DNA from: an uncultured Eubacteriales bacterium
GTDB lineage: Bacteria; Bacillota; Clostridia; Oscillospirales; CAG-272
Direction: 5' to 3'
Length of the DNA: 64,000 nucleotides
Assembly: GCA_905205065.1 (NCBI GenBank)
Contig: CAJLCI010000005.1
Location: forward strand, 1,813-65,812
In this document: piece by piece, positions 54,277 through 64,000 of the stretch
How the letters are laid out: every line of letters starts with the position of its first letter
Numbering within the stretch: position 1 is the stretch's first letter
Made by a program: the position numbers and the translations under genes
The notes under the pieces: model-generated
The model's database searches: none
What the model was told of the DNA's origin: nothing
What the model saw: only the letters and a program-made list of their open reading frames with translations

Positions 54277-54408
54277 ATGAAAGAGTTTTATGTAATTTTG
54301 CAAAGCTTAGATATATATTTATATACCATTTCGGGCGAATTTTGTCGAAAAGATTCGCTTGGTGAAAATGTTGTTATAAACAGTACACCGCTTGCCGCGT
54401 ATAGGTAA
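54277..54408 (+). CDS. Possible 43-aa small protein
   Basis: Not in the ORF track. GGAGA lies 8 nt upstream of the ATG; translation MKEFYVILQSLDIYLYTISGEFCRKDSLGENVVINSTPLAAYR. It is followed by a hairpin (54379-54387 / 54413-54421) plus a T7 run. Confidence 0.3.
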   Translation: MKEFYVILQSLDIYLYTISGEFCRKDSLGENVVINSTPLAAYR

Positions 54409-54867
54409 GCTTTGTGCTGTTTTTTTGTTATTCAATTTAAGAAATTTCAGGGAGGTAATAATTAAGCTTCCCCATTGGCAGTTTTATCGGTTTTACCTGC
54501 CGTTACTCCCATTTACTTTTTCAAGGTGTTTGGAATGCCTTGCGAGTAGGGGCTTTTTGTTCGCCATCAGGCTCAGTTTCTATTTTTCATTGAAAGCCCA
54601 TAATATTATCTGCTCGATGGCAAATAAGACGGTATTTTGCTGATGAGATAACGGGAAATACGAACATATTGTTCCTAAGTTCAACCAATTATCTCAACAC
54701 CCTATTCGCCTGAATATACCACAAGTGTGACTGTTGGCAAATGGCGCAATATATGTACAAAACAATTCCTCCCTAAAATAAATTACTCCTTACTTTCTGC
54801 AAAAATAAGACCTGTAATATATGAAAGGGCGGTTAGAAAAGCAAGTAATTTGTTCTGTCTAAATTTT

Positions 54868-54899
54868 AAGGCGATAGTGATTGATTTCACTATCGCCTT
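54868..54899 (-). terminator. Hairpin downstream of the surface-protein gene
   Basis: Perfect 13-bp stem AAGGCGATAGTGA-aatcaa-TCACTATCGCCTT; the U tract is weak. Confidence 0.5.
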
Positions 54900-54914
54900 A
54901 ATTTTACAGGTTAT

Positions 54915-57900
54915 TTATCTTTTTGCTACTCTTTTCTTTCTATCGTATATGGCAAGCGAGATAACTGCACCACCGCTGACAGAGAGAAGGGCTATCCATA
55001 GGAACGTATTGCTGTTGTCGCTAGTTGCAGGAGAGTTCGGCTTGTTCAGTTCTGCAAAAGCCGCCTTTGCTTCGTCCAGCTTCTCCTTTGCGTCCTTGTC
55101 AACCAAAGACTTCTCGTAGTCGGTAAGAGCATTGTAGGCATCTTCAGCTGCCTTGATTGCATCGGCATCATCTTTCTTGATGATATCAGGTAGTTTGTCG
55201 ATTAGTTCTTCAACCTTTTCTACATTGCCGAAAACTTCAAGAGCATCGTCAATGCGGTCGATTTCATCCTGAACGGCTTTCTTTTCGTCCTCGGTCATAT
55301 TGTCGCCGGTTGTAGGAGAGTTCGGCTTGTTTAGCTCTGCAAGAGCTGCTTTTGCTTCGTCCAGCTTCTCCTTTGCGTCCTTGTCAACCAAAGACTTCTC
55401 GTAGTCGGTAAGAGCATTGTAGGCATCTTCAGCTGCCTTGATTGCATCGGCATCATCTTTCTTGATGATATCAGGTAGTTTGTCGATTAGTTCTTCAACC
55501 TTTTCTACATTTCCGATAACTTCAAGAGCATCGTCAATGCGGTCGATTTCGTCCTGAACGGCTTTCTTTTCGCCCTCGGTCATATTGTCGCCGTATTCGT
55601 CAAGAGCCTTTTCCAAATCGTCCTTTGCTTTTTCAAGGTCGCTCTTATCTTCAGATGTTACATTCTCGGAAGTGATATCCTTAACCTTGCCGGTGTTCTC
55701 GGTTTCGGTCGACTTGTCTGCATCATCAATCTTCTCAAGCAGATCTTTAACCTTATCCTTAGTTTCCTCCAATGCCTTTTTACCGTTGTCGGTAATATCG
55801 TCATCATCAAGGATAGTGTCGATTTCACCGAGCATTTCTTCAAGCTCTGCCTTATCGTCGCTTGTTACGGTGTCGGGGTTGTAATCTTTCAGTTCTTCAT
55901 CGTAACCCTTTGCCGCATCTACTGCGTTGTCGGTAAGAACAGTCAGCTTTGCATGAACATACTTAATCGTGTAATTGTCTCCTGCATCTGCACCGCTTGC
56001 GGTAATTTCGTACTCACCGATAACAGCAATATCTGCATCAGAGGTAAGGGTTGGTACAACAACGAATGTATACTCATCAACAAATCCATCTGCCACGTAG
56101 GTGTAGGGCGGGAGAGTGGTGTTGACGATGGTGTTCTTTGCTTCAACCGTAATAACAACCTCACGCTTGGTAATCTCATAAGAATCGGTTTTGTTAGCAA
56201 AGGTAATATCATAGTTGCTATCAAGAGCAGTACCTTCAATCGCATACTTGCCGACATTGCTTGTACTTGTCGCGGTAGTTGCAAGGCTGTAAACTTCCTT
56301 ATCACCGTTCACAATACCGTTATCGGTGGCTTTCAGTTCCGCAATGTCATTACCATAAACGCTTGTAGCGTTCTGAATAGTAACGATAATCGGTTTAGCA
56401 AAAACAGTCAGCGTACCGTCAACATACTCAATATTGTAATTGTCGGAAGTGTATCCATTTGCCTTGATGGTGTAGTCGCCCTTATTGGAGAATTGTACAT
56501 AATTACAAGCAAAATCAAGTGTGCCGCTAAGAACATTTTTGTCCTCGTTGTTTACAAAGCCTTCATATTTTACAGTATAGGTCGGAACGGGATCACCGTA
56601 GGTAGCGGTTACTTTATCAACGGTTACAGTAAGGTTAGCTTTATTAACTTTGATATCAATATCTGCGGTTTTACCAGCATATGTTACGGTGATCTTTGTT
56701 GTGGCTACAGTTATATCCGCAGGTTTGAAGCTAAAATCATTTTTATTTGTATCATTATATGCAATATCATTTGTCGTGCCATCATCGTAAGTAACAGTAA
56801 TCACGAGTCCTGTGGGATTAAACCTATCTCCATAGGTATATTCAACAAGATTGGGCTTTGTTGTAACTGCAATACTTTCGGGAACTGCTGCACCTGTCGC
56901 TGAAAACTTTGCTGTTACGGAAAGCGTTCCGTCACTATTAAGCGTTTTTGTAACGACCGCACCTTCTACGGTAACTGTTGTATCTAAAACGAAAGCGAAT
57001 CCTGCGTTAGCGGTAAGTGTAAATGTTGCCGTATATTCGGTGCCACCAAGGAATTTATTTGGACTGCCATTCCAGTTTACAGCAGATACAGTATAATTTG
57101 CATCATTTTTGATTTCTGCCGTTGTGTCAGGTGTGCCATTTTTGACAGGGGCATTAATTTCAACAACTGTTTCTATAATGGGAACAAAATCAATTGCTTC
57201 AACATTAAAATATCTCCAAGAGGATTTATCATCAATCTTTCCTGTAACAGTAAAATACTTTGCTTCGGCAGTATCTTTGGTTTTACCGTATTTAACCTTA
57301 TAAACTTTGCCAGCGGCAGGTGTTACAGTACAGGGATCATAAATTACACGGGTATCCACAGATGTTGCCGTCAGTGTTGCAGTATCCGCTACAGATATGT
57401 CACCATAAATAGCGTTATCGCCTGCCGCATTAACTGTAGCAGAAGCATTTTCTGACAAATTGAGTGCGTTAACATAAACTCCGTCATAGGTTGTGCCGTC
57501 AATTGTTACAACTGCATTTCCCGACACATTGACCGTACCGCTATAATCATATAATCCGCGAACTTTTGTGCCTTTTGTTACATCAATATCCACCGTTGCG
57601 TTATTGGTAATAGTAAGAGTATCATCAAAGCTAAACGCATATTCGCTGTACGCTGAGTTTGTGTCGATTATGATAGTGACCTGTGCGTTATCTATGATCG
57701 ATGTCTTGCCGCCGCTAATTCCATCATTTGCGGAATATATCTCAACGACTGCATTCTTGCTGATTTCTACCTCACCGGATGATCCGGTGCTAATAAGCGG
57801 AAATTTGTCAGCTTTTGCGATTTTATTGCTGTCCGTATCTGTTGAATAAGCTTTGTATTTTGCGTTGTCGGTAATCGTGATCTTGCCGCCATTGGTTCGC

Positions 57901-59368
57901 AAACCACCCCGAGCCTCTATGATATGCAGATCTGCATTGCCGCTGAGCGTGATATTTGTTTCGCTGCCATCACAGACGGGATAACCGTCGTCACTTTTAA
58001 TCGTGATCTTGCCGCCGGAGATATTAATACCGTATGCATAAATAGCATATTTGGCAGAATCAATGTTAATAACCGGAGTTCCGCTGATAGTCAAAGCACC
58101 GCATTTACTTCCGCTTGAATAGATAGAATGAGAAGCGCAGTCCTTAATATCAAGCCGGAGACTGCCATTGATTACAGTACTTCCGCCTGCGGTATAACCG
58201 TTTGTATAAATACCGAAACCTACTTTGCTAATTGAAAGAGTTCCTTCGTTGGAGCTTGTAAGCACAAACGGAGTTTTACTGTCTATAGAGATGCCGAAAA
58301 CTTGTTGATATTCACCCTCCACATCAGATGAAATAGAATTGTTTCCGATAAAATCAAGCGTCACCTGATTTTCACCTTTTACGGTAATGGGAGTGTTAGT
58401 TCCTGAATTGCCTAAATTATCTGTTCCTATTTCGATATTATTAAGGGTAACATATGTCGCCCCCACCGAACTATTAACTACAATCGTATCATCCGTTGTA
58501 GTCACTCCGTTCTTCATTGCAACAGTAGTAGGTGTTGTTGTAGTAATTGTCAACACGCCGTCTGTATAGGTATAGTCGGTATTTTGAACCAGATTTTTTG
58601 TGCCGAGTATTGTAAAATCGCCCACCTCTATGGGAACGGGAATTTCACTTACTGTATAGGAATCGTCTGTGTTTTTCTCTACTTTATGCGTTGTTCTGTT
58701 CACATAATATCCGTACAAATATGTAGCAGTATCTGGATAATCGCCCACTTTGAATGTGCCGCCCGTAACAGTAGTCCCTTCACCCCAAAGACCGGTATCT
58801 ATGGTATCCACCGTAAAACTACCACCACTTATTGTGGATATTGCATTGGAGCTCTGTCTTGCGAGGATATTGTCCAACATAAAAGTACCGCCGGAAATTT
58901 CGGTTACAGCATTATCATCTATATAAACAAGATCATAATTCGGCTTATTAAATATGCCTCCTGTTATTTTAAGTTTGCCGCAATTTTTAAAGAAATACCA
59001 ACCAGAGCCTTTTGTTACAGTACCTGTGCCGACACTGTCCGAAATCGTAACATCATCTGCCGCATCTATAATAATAACATTGCTACTAGCTGTAGGCTTA
59101 TGCAGATCAGATTATGACCGTTAAGGTCAATGTTAACAGGTGTGTTATCAGGGAAAGTCAGCATAGTGTTTCCTAAATCGATATCGCCGCCTAATTTTAC
59201 AGTGCCACCGTTGTCAATGGCACTTTGCAACTCTGTCGCATTAGTAGGATTCGTTGCTGCAGATGCAGTCATATTGCTCACCGGCACCAACCCTACCATC
59301 ATAACAAAAGCCAAAAATATACTTAAAAATCTTTTTGAGTTAAATATACTTGTTTTCATAAAAGTCAT
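54915..59368 (-). pseudogene. Giant cell-surface protein (signal peptide, beta-helix-like region, MBG/Ig-like domains, helical repeats, C-terminal TM anchor) interrupted by a frameshift
   Basis: The signal-peptide ORF 59066-59368 (…VPVSNMTASAA) and the 1,321-aa ORF are consecutive. The large frame stays open upstream of its track Met to 59111, and the two frames overlap over 59069-59111. MBG-like units are present (TATYGDPVPTYTVKYEGFV...). C-terminal PNSPATSDNS, then a TM helix, then RKKRVAKR. Confidence 0.7.
55024..55592 (-). repeat. Tandem duplication, 2 x 285 bp (95 aa) in the 3' end of the surface-protein gene
   Basis: The units at 55024-55308 and 55309-55592 are near-identical. Each encodes GDNMTE.EKKAVQDEIDRIDDALEV.GNVEKVEELIDKLPDII...AELNKPNSP.T.DN. 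Confidence 0.9.
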
Positions 59369-60068
59369 TTCCTTTCGTTTGGTTATTCAAAACCGCCAAA
59401 TTCACCAAATGAGAAATTAGCTATTATAATAAATGTATTATAGCATAACATCCTCAATTAATCAATATTTTTTTACGTTTAAAACTTACTGTTGTCATAA
59501 AAAAGTTACAAATGAAATTAGCGACAGAAAGAAGTTATACCAAAAACGCCCCTGCGTTAGTTTTAGTACCTTCGCAGGGTGCATCACATCACACAGATTC
59601 GCTTGCCATTGTTAAAATTAGAATAAAATTCTTTCCCTTAAATTTGCCCTTAAAAACCCGTCATTGTTTCTTATATTTTCTGCATAACAGGTAGTGAGGG
59701 CGTGTTGGCTGCAAAGTCAGGTAATATCAATGCTTTTATGATTTTCTCATATTATCTCTTGATACTCTTTGCAACAATATAATTTTTATGTTTCAAAAAA
59801 TGTTTTAAATAATGTGCGCTGCATTTTTATAATAACTATTCTGAATATTTATATAGACATATATATGGGAGAATATGAAAGTCTGATATCTCTTATCGGA
59901 TATATAGCAATATTATTTACATTCAATTGGCTCATGCTCTTTATTGTCTTGGCTGTTGTAGTTATTAATTTGTTTTGTAATAAGAAAAAAATAAATATAA
60001 CTATAAAATAAATAAGGCGATAGCCCCTCATAACAGAAAATTTTCTTATATGGCAAATATTAATGCTT

Positions 60069-61388
60069 TCACTTTTGATTATTGTTTTCAATATTATATA
60101 TAATATCATTCAGACTTATATTATTTTCTCTTGCGGCTTTTGCGATATCCTCGTATTCATATTTTTTTCTTACCGTACCGTATCCAGTGGAAACTTTTTG
60201 TCTGATTTCGCCATAAGGAGTCATAATATTTCTTGTCTCTCTTGACAGCGTGTAGCGTTTTTTTACGCTTTCGCGGATTCCAAGTGTTGTTGTGTATTTG
60301 AAAATAAGTTCTATCATACGATTCCGCTCTGACGCTGCGCAAATAACATTCAGCAATATTCCGGGGCGAGACTTTTTCATTTCTGCGGGAACAGTATACA
60401 CATCAAGAGCACCTGCTTCAAAGAAGCGTTCTGAAGCAAAGGCGATTTCTTCAGGAGTAATATCGTCAAGATTACAGCTCAGCTGCACAACCGTCTCTTC
60501 TTCTTTTTCGGCTTCTCCGATAAAGACACGGACGCAGTTTGCGGTATCAAAATCTTTTTTTCCCATTCCGCAGCCGATTGCTTCGGTCCGCATGACTGGC
60601 ATATTTCCGAAGAAATTCGCAAAATGCTTCAGAAGAGCTGCGCCAGTAGGTGTGCAGAGCTCATCTCTGATTCTGCCGCTGTAAATCGGAACATTTTTAA
60701 GAATATTTGCGGTTGCAGGGGCCGGAACCGGAAGAACTCCATGCGCGCAATGGACATGACCGCTTCCTACATTTATGGGAGAAACAATAATTTGATCCGG
60801 TTGAATTTCATTAATAAGCATACAAACCGATGTTATATCAGCAATCGCATCCATTGTACCTACCTCGTGAAAATGTATTTCGGTTACCGGTACTCCGTGC
60901 GCTGTTCTCTCCGCTTTGGCAATTAACGTATAAACTTCAATAATATCATTTTTTACTTTTTCCGGAAGCGTCATTCCGTTAACGATTTGAATTATATCGT
61001 GCATTCCTGCATGACTATGTGCATGTCCGCGGCTGTCATAACTGTGAGTATGTTCATGATCATGTTCGTGGGTATGTTCGTGAGTATGTTCATGATTATG
61101 TTCGTGGGTGTGTTCGTGAGTATGCACATTAATATACTCGTGTTTTTCATAACAACTATAGGACGATGAATTATCTGCATTCTCCTCTTTACCGAAAATT
61201 TTAACTGAAAATTCCGTTCCGGTGATACCGCATTTCTGCGATGTTTTATACGATACTTTAATTCCGGGAATATTGAGACTGTTGATTCTATCTATTATTT
61301 TATCTTTATCCGGTATAAGCTCCAAAAGCGCAGCGGCCAGCATATCGCCTGCTGCCCCCATTCCGCAGTCAAAATAAATGGTTTTCAT
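60069..61388 (-). CDS. larC: LarC, nickel-pincer cofactor nickel insertase (DUF111 family) with His-rich insert
   Basis: MKTIYFDCGMGAAGDMLAAALLEL; HFHEVGTMDAIADI; His-rich tract HTHEHTHEHNHEHTHEHTHEHDHEHTH. Start at ATG 61388. Confidence 0.85.
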   Translation of the reverse strand: MKTIYFDCGMGAAGDMLAAALLELIPDKDKIIDRINSLNIPGIKVSYKTSQKCGITGTEFSVKIFGKEENADNSSSYSCYEKHEYINVHTHEHTHEHNHEHTHEHTHEHDHEHTHSYDSRGHAHSHAGMHDIIQIVNGMTLPEKVKNDIIEVYTLIAKAERTAHGVPVTEIHFHEVGTMDAIADITSVCMLINEIQPDQIIVSPINVGSGHVHCAHGVLPVPAPATANILKNVPIYSGRIRDELCTPTGAALLKHFANFFGNMPVMRTEAIGCGMGKKDFDTANCVRVFIGEAEKEEETVVQLSCNLDDITPEEIAFASERFFEAGALDVYTVPAEMKKSRPGILLNVICAASERNRMIELIFKYTTTLGIRESVKKRYTLSRETRNIMTPYGEIRQKVSTGYGTVRKKYEYEDIAKAARENNISLNDIIYNIENNNQK

Positions 61389-61498
61389 TTTAATAACTCC
61401 TTCGATTTGATGAAAATCTTTGCTTAAATTCAATAACTTATGAAACGTTCAATCACATTATAACTTAAAGTAAAATTTTCCCGACTGCCGCCGCTTTC

Positions 61499-62266
61499 TC
61501 ACTTACTTTCTCCTTTATTTTCTGACATATGATTTATCATACTTGCGGAATATCCCGCTCCGAAACCATTATCGATGTTTACAACCGTTACACCGCTTGC
61601 GCATGAGTTAAGCATTGATAGGAGGGCCGAGACGCCTCCGAACGAGGCTCCGTATCCAACGCTTGTAGGCACAGCAATTACAGGGCAATCGGAAAGACCT
61701 CCGATTACACTTGCGAGAGCGCCTTCCATTCCGGCAACTGCAATTATTACGCTGGCATTCATTATCTCATCGAGATGCTTTAGCAGTCTGTGGAGTCCGG
61801 CAACACCGACGTCGTACAGCCTTTCTACTTGATTTCCAAGAACTTCTGCAGTTAGAGCCGCTTCCTCCGCAACCGGAATATCGCTTGTTCCGCCGGTGGC
61901 AACAACAATTTTCCCGATCCCATCGGGCGCTGGAATCTGTCCTATGATTCCGATTTTAGCGTCTTCGTGATAGTCAAGTTCAACTGTTTTCTTTAGAAAT
62001 TCAGCGGCCTTGGGGTCAAGGCGCGTAATCAGAATATTTTCCTGACCGTTTTTGAGCATTGTTTCTGTAATTCCGGCGATCTGTACAGCGGTCTTTCCTG
62101 CGCCGTAGATTACTTCCGCGGCTCCTTGGCGAATTTTGCGGTGCAAATCAATTTTCGCGTATCCTATATCCTCAAATGGGGTTATTTTTAATTTCAAGGC
62201 CGCTTCTTCAACTGTCATGCTGCCGTTTTTAACAGAGTTTAGAATCTGCGTCAATTCAGTTTTCAT
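61499..62266 (-). CDS. larB: LarB, pyridinium-3,5-biscarboxylic acid mononucleotide synthase (PurE-like)
   Basis: IDLHRKIRQGAAEVIYGAGKT...VVATGGTSDIPVAEEA...IAVAGMEGALASVIGG. Confidence 0.85.
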   Translation of the reverse strand: MKTELTQILNSVKNGSMTVEEAALKLKITPFEDIGYAKIDLHRKIRQGAAEVIYGAGKTAVQIAGITETMLKNGQENILITRLDPKAAEFLKKTVELDYHEDAKIGIIGQIPAPDGIGKIVVATGGTSDIPVAEEAALTAEVLGNQVERLYDVGVAGLHRLLKHLDEIMNASVIIAVAGMEGALASVIGGLSDCPVIAVPTSVGYGASFGGVSALLSMLNSCASGVTVVNIDNGFGAGYSASMINHMSENKGESK

Positions 62267-63009
62267 ATGCGTTCCTCCAGATCAAGCAGCACAGATGAGT
62301 AATATTTTTTTAATTCTAAGTTTATTTGATTTTTCGTCGAGATAAGCTTAAGCAACTGATTGTCGGAAATTTGAATTTTGGCATTATCGCCAAAAGATCG
62401 GATTCTAAAATTTGAAAATCCGAGAGAGGCGAGGTAGGCTTCGGATATTTCAGTACGTCTGAGTTTTTCACGTGTTATTAACTCGCCTGAGGTTATTCTT
62501 GTAGCAAGACATGCATATGCAGGCTTGTCCCATGTAAAAAGTCCGGCTTCCTTTGACAGACGTCTTATATCATCTTTAGTAAGTCCGCACTCTCTCAGCG
62601 GGGAACGTACAGAAAGTTCTGCAAGAGCTTTCATTCCGGGACGATCTGTAATTTTATCTGAAGCGTTTGTTCCGTCGGCAATTACATTAAAGCCTGATGC
62701 CGCGGCCTCTTTCATTATGGTCGAGAAAATCTTTTTTTTACAGTAATAGCACCGGTTATCAGGATTAGACGCGATTTCCGAGGAGCTTAACACATCAACA
62801 TTAATAATTTTGAGTGTTACGTTCAGTTCGCCAGCTATTCTTTTTGCATCGTTGAGCTCAAATTCCGGCTGAAAATCCGATTTCACATAATAAGCGCAAA
62901 TAACGGCGGAAGAATGTGCTGCCTCGTAAAGCAAATATGCAGAATCGACACCGCCGGAGAAAGCGATTGCGACATTTTTATTGTTATCAAAAAATTCCCG
63001 AAGCTTCAT
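62263..63009 (-). CDS. larE: LarE, ATP-dependent sulfur transferase (PP-loop ATPase)
   Basis: PP-loop AFSGGVDSAYLL; conserved Cys in NRCYYCKK. Start at ATG 63009; 4-nt overlap with larB. Confidence 0.85.
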   Translation of the reverse strand: MKLREFFDNNKNVAIAFSGGVDSAYLLYEAAHSSAVICAYYVKSDFQPEFELNDAKRIAGELNVTLKIINVDVLSSSEIASNPDNRCYYCKKKIFSTIMKEAAASGFNVIADGTNASDKITDRPGMKALAELSVRSPLRECGLTKDDIRRLSKEAGLFTWDKPAYACLATRITSGELITREKLRRTEISEAYLASLGFSNFRIRSFGDNAKIQISDNQLLKLISTKNQINLELKKYYSSVLLDLEERI

Positions 63010-63088
63010 ACCATAAAAACCTTTCGTCAACTGAGACTTGATTTATACAAGAAACGGTTCTGCAATAATTTTGCAGAACCGTCTGAGA

Positions 63089-63454
63089 TTACGGCTTCTT
63101 TTTAAACAGTGACGCCTTTATAACTCCTTTAGGATCCTTCGCCAACAAAATGATTACCCATATAACCAGTCCAAGCGCAGCCACTGACAGTCCGAGATAT
63201 AAGTCATTCAGCATATCTGCCGGAGACGGTGTAAAATATTCCGCACCGAGCTCGCAGTACTCAAAGATAGCATCTACAAGCCACATAAGCGATGCTCCCC
63301 AATAGAGCCAGCAAAGAACTCCCACCTTCATAGTATTATCAGGCGCGTTTTTATACCAAATTACAGTACATATTACAGCGGCAAAAATTGTCGTAAGTAA
63401 TGTCATATAAATTCCTCCCATAATGAGCATTGTCCGCACTGTACGTACGGCCAT
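63089..63454 (-). CDS. small polytopic membrane protein
   Basis: 121 aa, 3-4 hydrophobic helices; weakly similar to the upstream neighbour (LYWGASLMWLVDAIFEY vs LLWGGSALLAFEHIWHG). Confidence 0.5.
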   Translation of the reverse strand: MAVRTVRTMLIMGGIYMTLLTTIFAAVICTVIWYKNAPDNTMKVGVLCWLYWGASLMWLVDAIFEYCELGAEYFTPSPADMLNDLYLGLSVAALGLVIWVIILLAKDPKGVIKASLFKKKP

Positions 63455-63467
63455 TGCTGTCTTTAGT

Positions 63468-63902
63468 TTAAGAGTTTAAGCTGCAGCCGGTTTTATTGTC
63501 TGCAAATTCGGGTTTTGAATTTTCTTTCTTCTCCCAGGAATGTACCGCAAACAGCATAATACCCCAAACAGCGGTAACAAGAAGCGCCATAGATACCCCG
63601 GTGCTCGCCATCTCTCTAAGCATTTCGGCAGCGCTCTCAGGATTTTCGGCGGCCGTCAGAAACGGAAACCACGGTACAACTTCACCATGCCAGATATGTT
63701 CAAAAGCGAGAAGCGCTGAACCGCCCCACAGTAAATTTGTGAGCCACTTGAGCTTACGGGAAAACTTTATCTTTTGTATTTTTCCGGACTCCTCATTAAT
63801 TTCCGTCTCTGCAGAAACATTTGTGTTTTCCTTTTTTCTGATAGCCTTTGCTGCAATCGCAGTTACTACTGCTTCTGCGGCAGGTACAATAAAACAAGCC
63901 AT
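63468..63902 (-). CDS. small polytopic membrane protein (paralog-like of 63089-63454)
   Basis: 144 aa with a GGAGG RBS and hydrophobic helices. Confidence 0.5.
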   Translation of the reverse strand: MACFIVPAAEAVVTAIAAKAIRKKENTNVSAETEINEESGKIQKIKFSRKLKWLTNLLWGGSALLAFEHIWHGEVVPWFPFLTAAENPESAAEMLREMASTGVSMALLVTAVWGIMLFAVHSWEKKENSKPEFADNKTGCSLNS

Positions 63903-64000
63903 TTTTTTCCTCCTGAATAAAAGTATTTACTATCCTATAAATAATATAATAAGACATGACAGTTTTCCCTCAGAAAAACCGCATGTCTTCATGACATACC

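Noticed and set aside
59769-60011. 80-aa hydrophobic plus-strand ORF between the surface-protein and larC genes
   Set aside because: It sits in AT-rich spacer with no convincing RBS. The sequence only vaguely resembles a fragment of a transporter TM domain. It may be a gene remnant, but this is not supportable.
60987-61180. Short-period DNA repeat (catgttcgtg/ggtatgttcgtgagt units) and the two 60-62-aa ORFs over it
   Set aside because: The repeat encodes the His-rich HEHTHEH metal-binding tract of LarC in the minus-strand frame. The other ORFs are shadows. It is not a CRISPR array or an independent repeat element.
1-64000. Search for tRNA, rRNA, tmRNA, CRISPR arrays, IS elements, integrase or recombinase genes
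   Set aside because: No cloverleaf-like or rRNA-like sequence, regularly spaced short repeats, transposase or recombinase motifs were seen on either strand. The only large repeats are the Rhs duplication and the 285-bp tandem repeat. This was a by-eye survey, so tRNAscan, Infernal and ISfinder-type tools should confirm it.

Overview
64-kb chromosomal window from a low-GC Firmicutes/Clostridia-type genome. It falls into two compositionally distinct parts (GC judged by eye, not computed).

(1) nt 1 to ~31,160 is part of a GC-rich Gram-positive integrative conjugative element (ICE), with all backbone genes on the minus strand.
- Transfer machinery: VirB4-like ATPase, PrgI/VirB3-like and VirB6-like membrane proteins, CHAP cell-wall hydrolase, Maff2-like small membrane protein.
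- Surface module: a sortase plus a 1,216-aa sortase-anchored thioester/Cna-B adhesin.
- DNA binders and modifiers: SpoVG-, AbrB- and RHH-type proteins, and two orphan DNA methyltransferases (a multi-TRD C5 enzyme and a Dam-like N6A enzyme).
- Others: a pentapeptide-repeat protein and many acidic proteins of unknown function.
- No relaxase, coupling protein or recombinase is visible, so the element probably continues left of nt 1.
- An AT-rich cargo island (nt 1-3,876) carries an lnu-family lincosamide nucleotidyltransferase, a GNAT / ATC-hydrolase-like / truncated-hydrolase operon, and a stand-alone TIR-domain gene with its own promoter and terminator.
- The right ICE junction appears to truncate a host flavodoxin gene at ~31,160.

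(2) nt ~31,160-64,000 is AT-rich host DNA.
- Flavodoxin, FMN-reductase and CMD genes with a LysR regulator.
- An Rhs/YD-repeat polymorphic-toxin locus: a 1,967-aa main gene, an immunity gene, an orphan Rhs-CT cassette sharing a ~1.19-kb apparently perfect repeat with the main gene, and extra immunity-like genes.
- A five-gene polyamine operon behind a ~400-nt leader that contains a terminator.
- A Cu/Zn SOD, a frameshifted ~1,480-aa surface protein, and larC-larB-larE.

No rRNA, tRNA, CRISPR array, transposase or integrase was recognised.

Best candidates for something new:
- the self-contained TIR gene;
- the 400-nt GC-rich repeat- and hairpin-laden intergenic region (candidate oriT or ncRNA), together with the anti-restriction-like gene block transcribed toward it;
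- the Rhs toxin-swapping cassette, whose CT domains I cannot assign and which has no visible secretion signal;
- the unclassified leader of the polyamine operon.

All domain calls come from reading motifs in the translations. No database search was run.
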